From: Candidatus Altimarinota bacterium
GTDB lineage: Bacteria > Patescibacteriota > Gracilibacteria > CAIRYL01 > GCA-016699755
Reading direction: 5' to 3'
Assembly: GCA_963664295.1 (NCBI GenBank)
Contig: OY760935.1
Coordinates: 192,001 to 256,000, forward strand
DNA: 64,000 nt
Positions 29,947 to 40,800 of the stretch are shown in pieces (the first letter of the stretch is position 1; every line of letters begins with the position of its first letter). The notes under the pieces are model-generated. The model was not told where the DNA came from and did no database searches. It worked only from the letters and a program-made list of their open reading frames with translations. Position numbers and translations under genes: made by a program.

Positions 29947-30893
29947 AGTTCTGAGAATAAAACATTGTTATAAACACGAGAAGAAGCGGTTGTTTGTAGG
30001 AAGATTGTTGAATTAGGTCCGCTTAATTGAAGCGCTTTTTTGCCATTAAAAGAAGCTTTTAAGGCAATGGTGACATGGGGTTGCATTTGTACGTCTTTTC
30101 CTTCTTCGTTAAAAGCTTTTCTTGGATCCTCCAAGGGTGCAACATAAAAACTTAAATCTTCTACTTTGACCAATGGGGGAGTAATTGAATAAAAATGCAG
30201 ACAATGACTATTGTCTCCTAGCTCAATCCAGCTATTGCCGTTAATACAGTCAGTTTCATTAACTTCAGTCCCCATGTAATCATCATGAGCAACCCAGGAG
30301 TCATTTAAGCCATTTCCGTCCATATCAGCAACAACCATTTTTGCAATAGCCAGGCTTTCTAGCCCTGTGTCATTTGCTCCGCCGTCGTCAATTGCACCTG
30401 AAAAATCATCATCAATTCCATTGCCAATTCTTTTGAGAATTGTTTTTGTCTTGCCGTCAGCAGATATTAAATAAAGCTCATCTTGTTTGTTTGTTTGAAT
30501 AGCTTTTTGCGTAGGATCATCGTCATCAGCAAGAGTGTTTGCATTGGTGGAAAAATATCCTTCATGCATATTGCGAGAGTCTTTATCTGCGTAATAGAAA
30601 TAAAATCTTTTTTCATATTCTTGAGCATTTTCTCCATAATTTGTAGCTCCTTGTGTTTCTATTGAAAAATATTCTTCAAAATCAATAGTGTTTACTCTAA
30701 CTTCTCTGATTATTCTTTCTGTCAAAAAGCGGGCTTCTTGATAAAGCTCATTTAGTGCTTTTTGTTTTTTTTGTGCTTGATAATAACTCACAACAGTAGT
30801 ACTCACCATAACCATTAAAGTTGCAAAGATGCCAATGGCAACAAGCACTTCCACTAATGTGTAGCCTTTTTTGATATTTTTTTTAGTCTGCAT
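29943..30893 (-). CDS. PilW-like minor pilin
   Basis: MQTKKNIKKG|YTLVEVLVAIGIF; ARFLTERIIREVR; start moved to ATG at 30893. Confidence 0.8.
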   Translation of the reverse strand: MQTKKNIKKGYTLVEVLVAIGIFATLMVMVSTTVVSYYQAQKKQKALNELYQEARFLTERIIREVRVNTIDFEEYFSIETQGATNYGENAQEYEKRFYFYYADKDSRNMHEGYFSTNANTLADDDDPTQKAIQTNKQDELYLISADGKTKTILKRIGNGIDDDFSGAIDDGGANDTGLESLAIAKMVVADMDGNGLNDSWVAHDDYMGTEVNETDCINGNSWIELGDNSHCLHFYSITPPLVKVEDLSFYVAPLEDPRKAFNEEGKDVQMQPHVTIALKASFNGKKALQLSGPNSTIFLQTTASSRVYNNVLFSEL

Positions 30894-31575
30894 AGTTTTC
30901 ACGGGCATAATAATCAGTAAGAGTTTGAGCCAATACAACCTCATGGCTCACATTTTCTTCCTGCCATGTGACAGTAGATTTAACCAAAATTCGATTATCT
31001 TTTGCTGGGTCAGCAGGAAAATCACCATCAATACTGTCAATATAAGTTATTTCAATATCACGTCTGAAGTTTGTTTTTGTGTTTCCTGTTGGCTTATGAG
31101 TATAAAGATTATTGCTATTTAAATATAGTTCTGAGCTAAGACTTGAGCTATTTGGTATTGGTATCAATGCCCAACGATAATTAGTTTCATCAAAATCAAC
31201 AATAAAATCTCTGACAAAGTTTCCATCACTAAGTTTGCCAAAAGGATGATTATTTTGATCATCACCAACACTAATATTACAAGCTAAATCATCGTCATCA
31301 ACTTCGCCATCTTCGTCGGTATTATCCCAAAAATTCCAGCATTGACGCATATTTGCACTCCAGGTCATCCAGTTTGTATCGCGCATATTGCGTACAGCTT
31401 CAATGCCTTCACGAGCAAGATTGAGAGCAACAATTCGGTTTTTGTTTACAGAATTAGCATGAATAGCAGAGCTAATTAGGGCAGTAGCGCCAGCTAAGCC
31501 CATGCCAAAAATAAACAATGAGACTAAAACCTCAATCATGACAGAGCCTTTTTTTGTTTTTTTCTTAAAAAACAT
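30883..31575 (-). CDS. PilV-like minor pilin
   Basis: KKG|SVMIEVLVSL; ALNLAREGIEAVRNMRDTNW. Confidence 0.8.
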   Translation of the reverse strand: MFFKKKTKKGSVMIEVLVSLFIFGMGLAGATALISSAIHANSVNKNRIVALNLAREGIEAVRNMRDTNWMTWSANMRQCWNFWDNTDEDGEVDDDDLACNISVGDDQNNHPFGKLSDGNFVRDFIVDFDETNYRWALIPIPNSSSLSSELYLNSNNLYTHKPTGNTKTNFRRDIEITYIDSIDGDFPADPAKDNRILVKSTVTWQEENVSHEVVLAQTLTDYYARENYAD

Positions 31576-32186
31576 TATTTTTTATTAATTTCAAAAAATT
31601 TAGATATTTTATTAACCTTAAAATTATAGGTTTGTTCAGCAAACCTAGATTCTAAATCAAAGCTTAAATTATTAAAGTTATTGCTTGCATTATCGCCAAT
31701 AATCATACTTGCATCAACAGGCAAGAAAATAATTACAGCTTCTGTTATATCTGTGCCATCGCCTTGCAAAGAATTTATTTCAACATATTCTGATAGTTCA
31801 TGAATTTTTGCATCAGGTATTATGTAGTCATTTAGTTCATCATAAAGACCATCAGGAGCATCAATCGGATCAACATCAGCAAAAGTTGTGAAAGTAGCCT
31901 TTTTTTCACCATCAATTTCTTCAGTTTTTATATAAATACCATAGCCACCCTCAGGAACTTCGCCATTGCCATCACTATCCCAATCTAAAACTTTATTTGT
32001 AATAGCGTAGTTTCTAATTTCTTGAAATAGTAATCCAATAGTGTCAATTTCTTGTATAAATTCTTCCTTTTTTCTTTCGCCTGTATTTTGATAGCTAATC
32101 ATAGAACCAACCAATATAGAAAGAAGGGCAATTACTGCAATCAATTCAACCAAGGTAAAGCCGGATTTTATTTTTTGTTTTAACAT
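31575..32186 (-). CDS. FimT/GspH-like minor pilin
   Basis: KSG|FTLVELIAVIALL class III signal; GYGIY. Confidence 0.8.
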   Translation of the reverse strand: MLKQKIKSGFTLVELIAVIALLSILVGSMISYQNTGERKKEEFIQEIDTIGLLFQEIRNYAITNKVLDWDSDGNGEVPEGGYGIYIKTEEIDGEKKATFTTFADVDPIDAPDGLYDELNDYIIPDAKIHELSEYVEINSLQGDGTDITEAVIIFLPVDASMIIGDNASNNFNNLSFDLESRFAEQTYNFKVNKISKFFEINKK

Positions 32187-32191
32187 TTTTT

Positions 32192-33415
32192 TTACGAAAG
32201 TAGTTTTTTGGTTATTTTTTTGCCATTTTCTACTCCCGGCTGATTAAAAGGATTAATACCAAACATTTTTCCAAGAAAAGCAATCTCTGCCTCAAAGGTA
32301 AATAAAAGTTCACCAATACTTTCTTCATTTATTTCTTCTATTTCCATTATTTGCACAGTTTGTTTTTTTTCTGTTAATGATTTTGCTGTACCTTTTAAGC
32401 TGGCTTTTTTGATTTCTGAAAAACTTTTTTTGGAAAGATGGGCAAAATCTGGGTCTTTTATGGTTGGCAGACTGGCTTTTTTAGCATTTTTTTCGATAAT
32501 AAAAGTATAGAGTTTGTCTGCTGGACCTTCAGCAAAAAGTTGCAAATCAGAATGTTGATCGCGAGTGCCAATAGCAATATGAGGCAAAATACCAATTTTT
32601 TTTGTTCTACCTATGCTTTCAGCAAGCAATTGCCTCCAAAAACGACCAACAGACTCAAGTTTTTCTTCATAAACAAAAAACACAGATGTATTTTTTTTAA
32701 GCAAAAACTCACTAACCGCCATTTTTAAAGCAGTATTTTTTTTAGGATTTTTTGATAAGGCATTTTTTCTGCCTAGTTTTGCACCTTCAATTAGTTCAGC
32801 AATATCCACACCAGCAAGCGCCAAAGGCACAAGCCCCACAGGAGTAAAAACAGAAAATCTGCCACCCACTTTTTCCGGCACAGTAAAGGTTTTTACTTTG
32901 TTTTTATTTGCAATTTCTCGAAATTTACCTGTTTCTCCAGTAATAAAAATTGAATTTTTTTTCCAATCTAAGCCTTGTTTTTTTAATTCGTTTTTAAAGA
33001 AAAAGAATTGAGAAACAGTTTCTAGGGTTGTTCCAGATTTGGAAATGAAAACAAAAAGAGTATCTGCAAGGCTTTTTTGAGCAACACTTGCTAGTATCTC
33101 AGGATCTATTGTTTCCAGGATTGTAATTTTTTTATTAGGGGAAAGCGCATTATAAACAGCTTTTGTGCCTAATGCAGAACCACCAATGCCACAAACAACA
33201 ATTTCTTTCCATTTTTTTTGGTTCTTATCTGCAAAGTCAATTATTTCATCTAAAACCTCTTGATTATCAAGTATTTCAAAAAACCCAGGAGGATTTTTTT
33301 TATATTCTTCTTGATTTTTGTTCAAAAAATTTATACAGAAACTTAAAAAATCATCTTCAGTAAGCGCTGAATTTTCAACAAAAATTTGCTTTTGATTTAA
33401 ACTTATATTTTTCAT
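32192..33415 (-). CDS. pgi: Glucose-6-phosphate isomerase
   Basis: GIGGSALG, SKSGTTLET, VGGRFSV, DQHS, NPFNQPGVENGK. Confidence 0.95.
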   Translation of the reverse strand: MKNISLNQKQIFVENSALTEDDFLSFCINFLNKNQEEYKKNPPGFFEILDNQEVLDEIIDFADKNQKKWKEIVVCGIGGSALGTKAVYNALSPNKKITILETIDPEILASVAQKSLADTLFVFISKSGTTLETVSQFFFFKNELKKQGLDWKKNSIFITGETGKFREIANKNKVKTFTVPEKVGGRFSVFTPVGLVPLALAGVDIAELIEGAKLGRKNALSKNPKKNTALKMAVSEFLLKKNTSVFFVYEEKLESVGRFWRQLLAESIGRTKKIGILPHIAIGTRDQHSDLQLFAEGPADKLYTFIIEKNAKKASLPTIKDPDFAHLSKKSFSEIKKASLKGTAKSLTEKKQTVQIMEIEEINEESIGELLFTFEAEIAFLGKMFGINPFNQPGVENGKKITKKLLS

Positions 33416-33443
33416 TTTTTTATCTATTTATTTTATCATTTTT

Positions 33444-33998
33444 TTAGTCTTTTTTCAAGAACCAGCGCACTATTTCTTCTGTATTTTGAATATTATTTGG
33501 CAAATCTTTTAATTTTTTGAAAATATCTTTGCGAGTAAAACCAAGATTGATTAGTGTAAACACAACTTCTTCAGAGTAAAAATTGTCTCCCATAAGCTCT
33601 TCATCGGGTATTTTACCTTTTAATTCCAGAATTATTTTTTGAGCAGTTTTTTTGCCAAGACCTTTAACTTCTGAGAGCGCATCTGTGTTGCCTTCGTCAA
33701 TTGCCTCTTTGATATGCGCCAAAGGTGCTTCCATAATTTCCATTGCCAATTTTGGACCAACACCAGAAACACTAAGTAGAGAAATAAAAAATTCTTTTTG
33801 TCCTTTTTGTTCAAAGCCAAAAAGAGTCAAAGAATCTTCTTTAACGTGCAAGTAGGTAAATATTCTTGTTTCTTCGTTTATGTTTGCTTTTAAGGCTAAT
33901 TCTCTATTAGTAATCACATTAAGCCCCACGCCTCCAAGTTCAACAATTAAGTTTTTTTCTCCTTTTTCAATAACTTTTCCTGTTAAAACTGAGATCAT
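33444..33998 (-). CDS. ruvA: Holliday junction branch migration protein RuvA
   Basis: HVKEDSLTLFGF, VSGVGPKLA, GLGKKTAQKIILELK. Confidence 0.96.
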   Translation of the reverse strand: MISVLTGKVIEKGEKNLIVELGGVGLNVITNRELALKANINEETRIFTYLHVKEDSLTLFGFEQKGQKEFFISLLSVSGVGPKLAMEIMEAPLAHIKEAIDEGNTDALSEVKGLGKKTAQKIILELKGKIPDEELMGDNFYSEEVVFTLINLGFTRKDIFKKLKDLPNNIQNTEEIVRWFLKKD

Positions 33999-35050
33999 GA
34001 GAGTTGCGAATAATTATCAAGCATAAGAATAATAAAGCCAATTACAGCAAAAAGTCCATTGATAATCCAAAAACGCATAACAATTTGTGGCTCACTCCAG
34101 CCAATTTTTTCAAAATGATGATGCAGAGGTGCTATTAAAAAAACTTTTTTCTTAAAGAATTTTTTAGAAATAAGCTGAATAATGACAGATAAAGTTTCAA
34201 TTACAAAGATAAAGCCAGTTAAAAGTAAGATAGCCATTGTGCCAGTCATAGCCGCAATAACAGCTAAAGTTGCTCCCAAAGAAAGTGAGCCAGTATCACC
34301 CATAAAAAATTTAGCCGGAGGAACATTAAACCACAAAAAGGCAAAAAGACAGGCAATAATTAAGCCGCAAAAAATAGCCAAAAAATATTGCTCACGCAAA
34401 AAAGCGATAGACCCAAAAACAGCATAGTTTTGGATTAAAATTCCACCAGCAAGACCATCAAGACCATCAGTAATATTTACAGCATTAGCAGTAGCTAAAA
34501 TAACAAAAATAATCACAGGAAAAATCCAAATACCAAGATTAAAAGTTTCAATTAAAGGAACTCTAAAATCAGTATAAGCAAGCTGAAAATAAAACCAAAC
34601 CGCAGCCACAAGAGCAAAAGCAAACAAAAAAGACATTTTTGGTGCATAGTCTATGCCTTTTTTTCCGCCAATTTCTTTTACATTCCACCAATCATCAATA
34701 GCGCCCAAAACTCCCACAGTAATTAGTGTGAAAAGGGGAATATAAACCTCCCCTCTTTGCAAAAGAGATTGCTCAATAACACCAAAAAAACTCAAACTGC
34801 GAGAGAAAATAATTACCAACAAAACAGTTATCCAAATTAAGATTCCCCCCATTGTTGGTGTGCCTTCTTTTTTAAGGTGAAGTGCGCGGAATACTTTTGC
34901 TACTTTGCCATCCACAGTTTTTTCACGGATTTTTTGGACATATTTTTGCTCTCTCATAAACTTAATAAACGGTTTTTCTAAAAGAAGAAAAACTGCAAAA
35001 GAAATTAAGCAATATCCAAAAAGTTCAATAAAAAAAGCAATATTATCCAT
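33995..35050 (-). CDS. mraY: Phospho-N-acetylmuramoyl-pentapeptide transferase
   Basis: KEGTPTMGG, NAVNITDGLDGLA, FMGDTGS, APLHHHFE. Confidence 0.97.
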   Translation of the reverse strand: MDNIAFFIELFGYCLISFAVFLLLEKPFIKFMREQKYVQKIREKTVDGKVAKVFRALHLKKEGTPTMGGILIWITVLLVIIFSRSLSFFGVIEQSLLQRGEVYIPLFTLITVGVLGAIDDWWNVKEIGGKKGIDYAPKMSFLFAFALVAAVWFYFQLAYTDFRVPLIETFNLGIWIFPVIIFVILATANAVNITDGLDGLAGGILIQNYAVFGSIAFLREQYFLAIFCGLIIACLFAFLWFNVPPAKFFMGDTGSLSLGATLAVIAAMTGTMAILLLTGFIFVIETLSVIIQLISKKFFKKKVFLIAPLHHHFEKIGWSEPQIVMRFWIINGLFAVIGFIILMLDNYSQLS

Positions 35051-35094
35051 GACTCTTATCTTTGCTTAAAAACTATTAAATTGCAATTAAAATT

Positions 35095-36441
35095 TTATTC
35101 CACATGCGCTTTATCTATGTCATAGAAACGCATTTGTTTTTTATCAAACCTAAGCTCAACATGACCAGTTGGTCCATTTCTGTGTTTGCGGATAAAAATA
35201 TCAGTAATTCCTTCACGATCTGTGTCTTCTTCATAATAATCTTCTCTGTAGAGCATAAGCACAACATCAGCATCTTGCTCAATTGCTCCTGATTCTCTCA
35301 AGTCAGCTAATTGAGGAATTTTTGGATTACGCATTTCCACAGCACGAGAAAGCTGACTCAAAGCCAAGATAGGCACATGAAGCTCACGAGCAAGTGCTTT
35401 TAAGCTACGAGAAATTTCAGATATTTCTTGCACCCTATTGGCAGCAAAAGCGTTATTTCCAGTGCTCATCAACTGAAGATAGTCCACAATAATAAAATCC
35501 AAACCATGCTCCATTTGCAGTCTTCGTGCCTTTGCTCGTAGTTCTGGCATAGAAGAGCCAACAGTATCATCAATAAAAATAGGCGCTTGTGATAATTCGT
35601 CCATAATCATGCCCATTTTTTGGAAATCACTATCATCAAGTTTTCCTTTTTGTAGCTTCCAAGCATCAACAGCAAGTCGAGAGGCCAACATTCTATCGGT
35701 TAATTGCTCTTTAGACATTTCCAAAGAGAATATGCCCACAGATTTTTTAGTATTAAGCGCTACATTTAAAGCCATGGAAAGAGCTAAAGCAGTTTTACCC
35801 ATAGAAGGGCGTGCAGCGAGCACAATCATATCTGAAGGTTGAAAACCGCCAAGTAGTTTATTTAAACTGCTAAATCCAGTTGGAATACCTCTGCCAATTT
35901 CTTCTTCATCACTGCCATGAATTTCTGAGAAAACCTCATAGCGCTCATTAACAATATCTTTAATGTGTACAAATTTGTTTTTTAGAAAAGTTTGCGAAAT
36001 TGAAAAAACTTCTTTTTCTGCTTTTTCGAGTTGTTCTTCGATTGCTCTTTCTTCTTCATATCCTAGGCCTTTAATTTTATCGCCAGCTAGTATCATTCGT
36101 CTTAGCGTGGATTTCTTTTTTACAATTTGACCATACTCAAAAATATGACTAGCAGAAGGGACAACAGTAGTTAATTCTGCCAATCTTGCATTGCCACCAA
36201 CTTCTTTGAGCCATTTTTTCTCTTTTAAGCCATCAGCAACAGTAATTAAATCAATAGGCTCATGGCGTTGAGACAAATTAAGCATTACCTCATATATTTT
36301 GCTGTTTTGAGTAGAATAGAAATCATCAGCTTTTAAGAAATCAGAAACTTTAATAATGGCTTCTGAGTCCATTAAAATAGAGCCTAAGATAGACTCTTCT
36401 GCATCAGTTGCCTGCGGTAATCCTTGTTTAATATCCGCCAT
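35095..36441 (-). CDS. dnaB: Replicative DNA helicase
   Basis: AARPSMGKT, FSLEMS, VDYLQLM, SQLSR, DLRESGAIEQDAD, KHRNGPTG; no intein. Confidence 0.98.
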   Translation of the reverse strand: MADIKQGLPQATDAEESILGSILMDSEAIIKVSDFLKADDFYSTQNSKIYEVMLNLSQRHEPIDLITVADGLKEKKWLKEVGGNARLAELTTVVPSASHIFEYGQIVKKKSTLRRMILAGDKIKGLGYEEERAIEEQLEKAEKEVFSISQTFLKNKFVHIKDIVNERYEVFSEIHGSDEEEIGRGIPTGFSSLNKLLGGFQPSDMIVLAARPSMGKTALALSMALNVALNTKKSVGIFSLEMSKEQLTDRMLASRLAVDAWKLQKGKLDDSDFQKMGMIMDELSQAPIFIDDTVGSSMPELRAKARRLQMEHGLDFIIVDYLQLMSTGNNAFAANRVQEISEISRSLKALARELHVPILALSQLSRAVEMRNPKIPQLADLRESGAIEQDADVVLMLYREDYYEEDTDREGITDIFIRKHRNGPTGHVELRFDKKQMRFYDIDKAHVE

Positions 36442-36494
36442 TCAAAAACATTAGGGAATTTTATTCTCGCTTATTTTTTGCTCAAAAACAAGTT

Positions 36495-37097
36495 TTAGTT
36501 TTTAAAAAAACTTCGAAGTGCGTCCAATATTCTTTTTCGTGAACTTTGAAGATGTTTTTTATAGCTTTCATCTTTGCGTACTTTGATGTAAGCGCCTGTT
36601 TTGATATAGCTCATAATTTTACTAGAGTTCAAAATTGGCCTATGAACATGGTCAAGCTCAAAAACAGAAATATCATTAGCTGTGCGTACTGAAATAGTTC
36701 CAAAAGTTAAAATAGTACCTAAAATTCCTTTAATTTGACCCTTTACATCTTGAATTTGCCTTAGGCTAGCCTCAGAAGTATCTCTATCAAGAAGTGTCAC
36801 CTGAGTAATATCAATCACTCTTTCATTGGTCACAACAACAATGTCTAAATCATCATTTAGCCAGCAAATGAGTGAGTACAGAAGAGTGAAAGATAAAAAG
36901 GCAAACAAAAAAGCTAGGCTTAAATCAAAAAATCCATTGCCACTGTGCATAAATCTACTAATTAAAAAAACCATAATTAGAGCAGGAGCAATGCCAATAA
37001 AAAGAAAGCGCAAAAGGGCATAAACATGGATTATCCAATGCTTTCGCAGTATCATTTCTACTTTTTCACCGTTTCTTTGTCCAGGAAAATGTCTCAT
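36495..37097 (-). CDS. Bacterial PH-domain membrane protein
   Basis: GEKVEMILRKHW, two TMs, VVTNERVID, IQDV...FGTISVRTA. Confidence 0.8.
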   Translation of the reverse strand: MRHFPGQRNGEKVEMILRKHWIIHVYALLRFLFIGIAPALIMVFLISRFMHSGNGFFDLSLAFLFAFLSFTLLYSLICWLNDDLDIVVVTNERVIDITQVTLLDRDTSEASLRQIQDVKGQIKGILGTILTFGTISVRTANDISVFELDHVHRPILNSSKIMSYIKTGAYIKVRKDESYKKHLQSSRKRILDALRSFFKN

Positions 37098-37700
37098 TTA
37101 AACATCTAGATTAGGAATTTCAGAAATATGTCTTTCTGTTTCATGGCTTATGCTATCAATCGCATCATCTAAGCCTTTTTTTCGGCTTATTGATTTCAGT
37201 CTTACTTTATTAAATTTTTGAGTCCAATAAGAAACATGTGGTACATGAGTTATTGCTTTGGAGTCTTTTATATTAGCAAGAGTAAGATAAATACGCCCCA
37301 TGTCAAGAAAATTGCGAATTAAGCCTATTTTTCTCATTTGAATATCTTGAACTTTTTTTAGGTCAACAACCTCTTTTTCATCGTGAAGAAAAAGGCTTTT
37401 AATCACTTCGATAACTCTAATGTCAGTCAAAATAACTATTGTCAAAAGCCAGGAAACAATAGCGCAAAAAAATACCTGCGTTTCTATTAAGATAATTAAA
37501 AATAAAATAATTCCTACTAAGCGAAACATTTCAACAGAAATGGCAGGTAAAAATTTAACACTTAGTATTGTTCCAATTCCAATAGTGATTATAACTAAAA
37601 GATATCTAGAAACAGGGGATAAAAGAAAAAACCAATGTTGACTAAAAAAGCCATAAAAAGTTTCATTTGGAAATTGGTCGTGAAAAAACTTATTTTCCAT
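37098..37700 (-). CDS. Bacterial PH-domain membrane protein (paralog)
   Basis: QHW, two TMs, ILTDIRVIE, KVQDI...GRIYL; start MENKFF at 37700. Confidence 0.75.
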   Translation of the reverse strand: MENKFFHDQFPNETFYGFFSQHWFFLLSPVSRYLLVIITIGIGTILSVKFLPAISVEMFRLVGIILFLIILIETQVFFCAIVSWLLTIVILTDIRVIEVIKSLFLHDEKEVVDLKKVQDIQMRKIGLIRNFLDMGRIYLTLANIKDSKAITHVPHVSYWTQKFNKVRLKSISRKKGLDDAIDSISHETERHISEIPNLDV

Positions 37701-37827
37701 ATATGCATAATACACATACATAATGCAATTTTTTTAATTAAAAAGCAAAATATTTTTCAATAAAATCAAGTTGAAATTAAAAAAATTTCCTGCAAAAATA
37801 ATTCCTAGGTTTAATTTTTATAACTAA

Positions 37828-40800
37828 GTGGAGAACAAATTCGTACACCTACATGTGCATAGCTATTATTCATTACTTGATGGACTTTCTAGTCCTGAAG
37901 ATTTAGCAAAAAAAGCCCGCGAACAAGGTTCTCCTGCATTAGCAATAACAGACCATGGCAATATGCATGGTGTGCTTGAGTTTTTTAAAGCTTGCAAAAA
38001 AGAAGGCATTAAGCCAATTTTAGGTTGTGAATGTTTTGTTGCTGTACGCAGTTTGCATGATAAAGAAGCAGGCATAGACAACGAACGCTGGCATCTTTTA
38101 TTGTTAGTAAAAAACAAAAAAGGATATGAAAATTTGCTAAAAATGGTGACTACCTCATACCTGGAAGGTATTTACTATAAACCTCGTATTGATTTTGAAT
38201 TATTAAAAAAACACTCTGAAGGTCTTATTGCTTGCTCTGCTTGTTTGCAGGGCGAGGTGCCAAGAGCTTTTACAAAAAAAGGCATAGAAGAAGCAAAAAA
38301 AGTGACCCAAAAACACCTTGATCTTTTTGGGGAAGATTTTTATTTGGAGCTTCAGCATCACCCAAATATACCTGAACAAGAACAAGTAAATCAGGCCTTA
38401 ATTCAAATAAGTAAAGAAATGAACATTCCTCTTGTGGCAACCAATGATGTGCATTATGCCAATAGAGATGATGCAGATGCGCATGACACATTGCTTTGTA
38501 TTCAAACCAATGCTCTAAAGTCAGAAACAGCAAGAATGTCTATGGCTGATTCTGATTTTTCAATGATACCACCAGAAGAAATGTATCAATATTTTTCTCA
38601 TGTGCCCGAGGCATGTAAAAATACTTTAAAAATAGCAGAAAAATGTGATTTTAAGTTTGAATTTGGCAAACATCTTTTGCCACAATTTCCTGTGGAAAAT
38701 GGTGGCACAGATGCTGACTATCTACGCAAAAAATGTGAGGAGGGAATTATGGAAAGATTTAATTTTGATACTAAAAATCCACAAACAGAAGAGCAAAAAG
38801 AAATTGTAAAACGACTTGATCACGAGCTTAGCGTGATTAACAGTATGGGTTTTGCTTCTTATTTTTTGATTGTTTGGGATTTTGTAAAATGGGCAAAGGA
38901 ACAAAATATTGCTGTAGGACCAGGTAGAGGTTCTGCTGCTGGCTCTCTTGTTTCCTATGTTTTGAAAATTACAGACATAGACCCGCTTGAACATGAATTA
39001 TTTTTTGAGAGGTTTTTAAATCCAGAAAGAGTATCAATGCCCGATATAGATATGGATTTTGCTGATGATCGTCGTGATGAAGTTATTGAATATGTGCGCA
39101 ATAAATACGGCTCTGAACGAGTTGCTCAGATTTGTACTTTTGGAACAATGGCAGCCAGAGCCGCTATTAAGGATGTAGGTAGGGCTTATGGAATTCCATT
39201 TGGCGAGATGAATGATTTTGCGAAATTGATTCCAGATAAGCCAGGAACAACCTTGGACGAAGCCATAGAGGTATCAAGTGAACTAAAAAAAGATATTGAA
39301 AGCAATGAGGTTCATAAAAAGATTTTTGAAACAGCAAAAAAATTAGAAGGTTGTGTGCGCCATGTGTCTGTTCATGCTTGTGCTGTGGTGATTTCCCCTG
39401 ATGAAGTAGTGCGCCATATGCCTCTTCAGCATCCACCAAAAGATGACCAGGTGATTATTACTCAGTTTTCACAAAAACCAGTAGAAGCACTCGGACTGCT
39501 TAAAATGGATTTTTTGGGCTTAAAAAATCTTACAATCATGGACAAAGCTTGCAAGATTATTCAAAGAACAAAAGGAGTGGACATAGACTTTACAAAAGTC
39601 TCTATGGAAGATAAAAAAACTTTTCAGTTATTAGCAAAAGGGGAAACAACTGGCGTATTTCAGTTAGAGTCCGCTGGTATGAAAAGATACTTAAAGCAAT
39701 TAAAGCCAAATAATTTTGAAGACATTATTGCGATGGTCTCTCTTTTTCGTCCTGGTCCAATGGAGTGGATACCAGACTACATCAAAGGAAAACACGGTAA
39801 GAGAAAAGTGACCTATGTTCACGAAAGCGTAAAATCAATCCTTGAAAAAACTTTTGGCATTGCAATTTATCAGGAGCAGATTTTGAAAATTGCTCAGGTT
39901 TTAGCGGGATTTACTCTTGGCGAAGCTGATATTCTTAGGCGGGCAATTGGTAAAAAAATTCCAGAAGAACTAGCTTCACAAAGAAAAAAATTCATAGATG
40001 GTGCAGAAGAATTAGGACACAGCAGAGACATGGCAGTAGAGGTTTTTGAAAAAGTGGTTGAACCTTTTGCTGGTTATGGTTTTAATCGTTCTCATGCCGC
40101 ATCATACGCCATGATTGCCTATAGAACAGCTTATCTAAAAGCCAATTATCCAACAGAATTTATGGCCGCCTTACTTTCTTGCGATGCTGGTAATACAGAT
40201 AAGGTTTGTAGAGACATTGAAGAATGCGAGCGCATGGGTATTGAGATTTTACCACCAAGCGTAAATGATTCTTTGAAAAATTTCACAGTAGTAGAAGAAG
40301 GTAAAATAAGATTTGGCTTATCAGCAGTAAAAGGAATAGGAGATGGAGTTGTTAATGATATCTTAAGCACTAGAAAAAATGCTAATTTTAAAGATTTTGA
40401 AGATTTTTTATTAAGAGTTCCGCAAAAAATAGTAAATAAAAAATCTTTAGAGTCCTTAGCAAAAGCAGGAGCACTCTCTGAGTTTGTTGACCCCAAAAAA
40501 GTTATCGAAAACATAGAAACAATCACAGCTTTTGCAAAAGCAAATGATGCAAAAAACGACAATCCGCTACAGGAAGGGTTATTTGGAGGTATGGACGATG
40601 AGCCAAAAGCAAGTTTAAACCTACCAGAAACAGAAGGTTCAACTCGTATAGAAAGATTAAGCTGGGAACAAGAAATACTTGGTTTATTTGTTTCTGACCA
40701 CCCTCTTAAGAACATGGAAAATTATTTTCATAAAAAAGGTACTCTCATAGAAAACTTTTTTGTAGAAAATGACAAAAAAATGCCCAAAAATCCAATAAAA

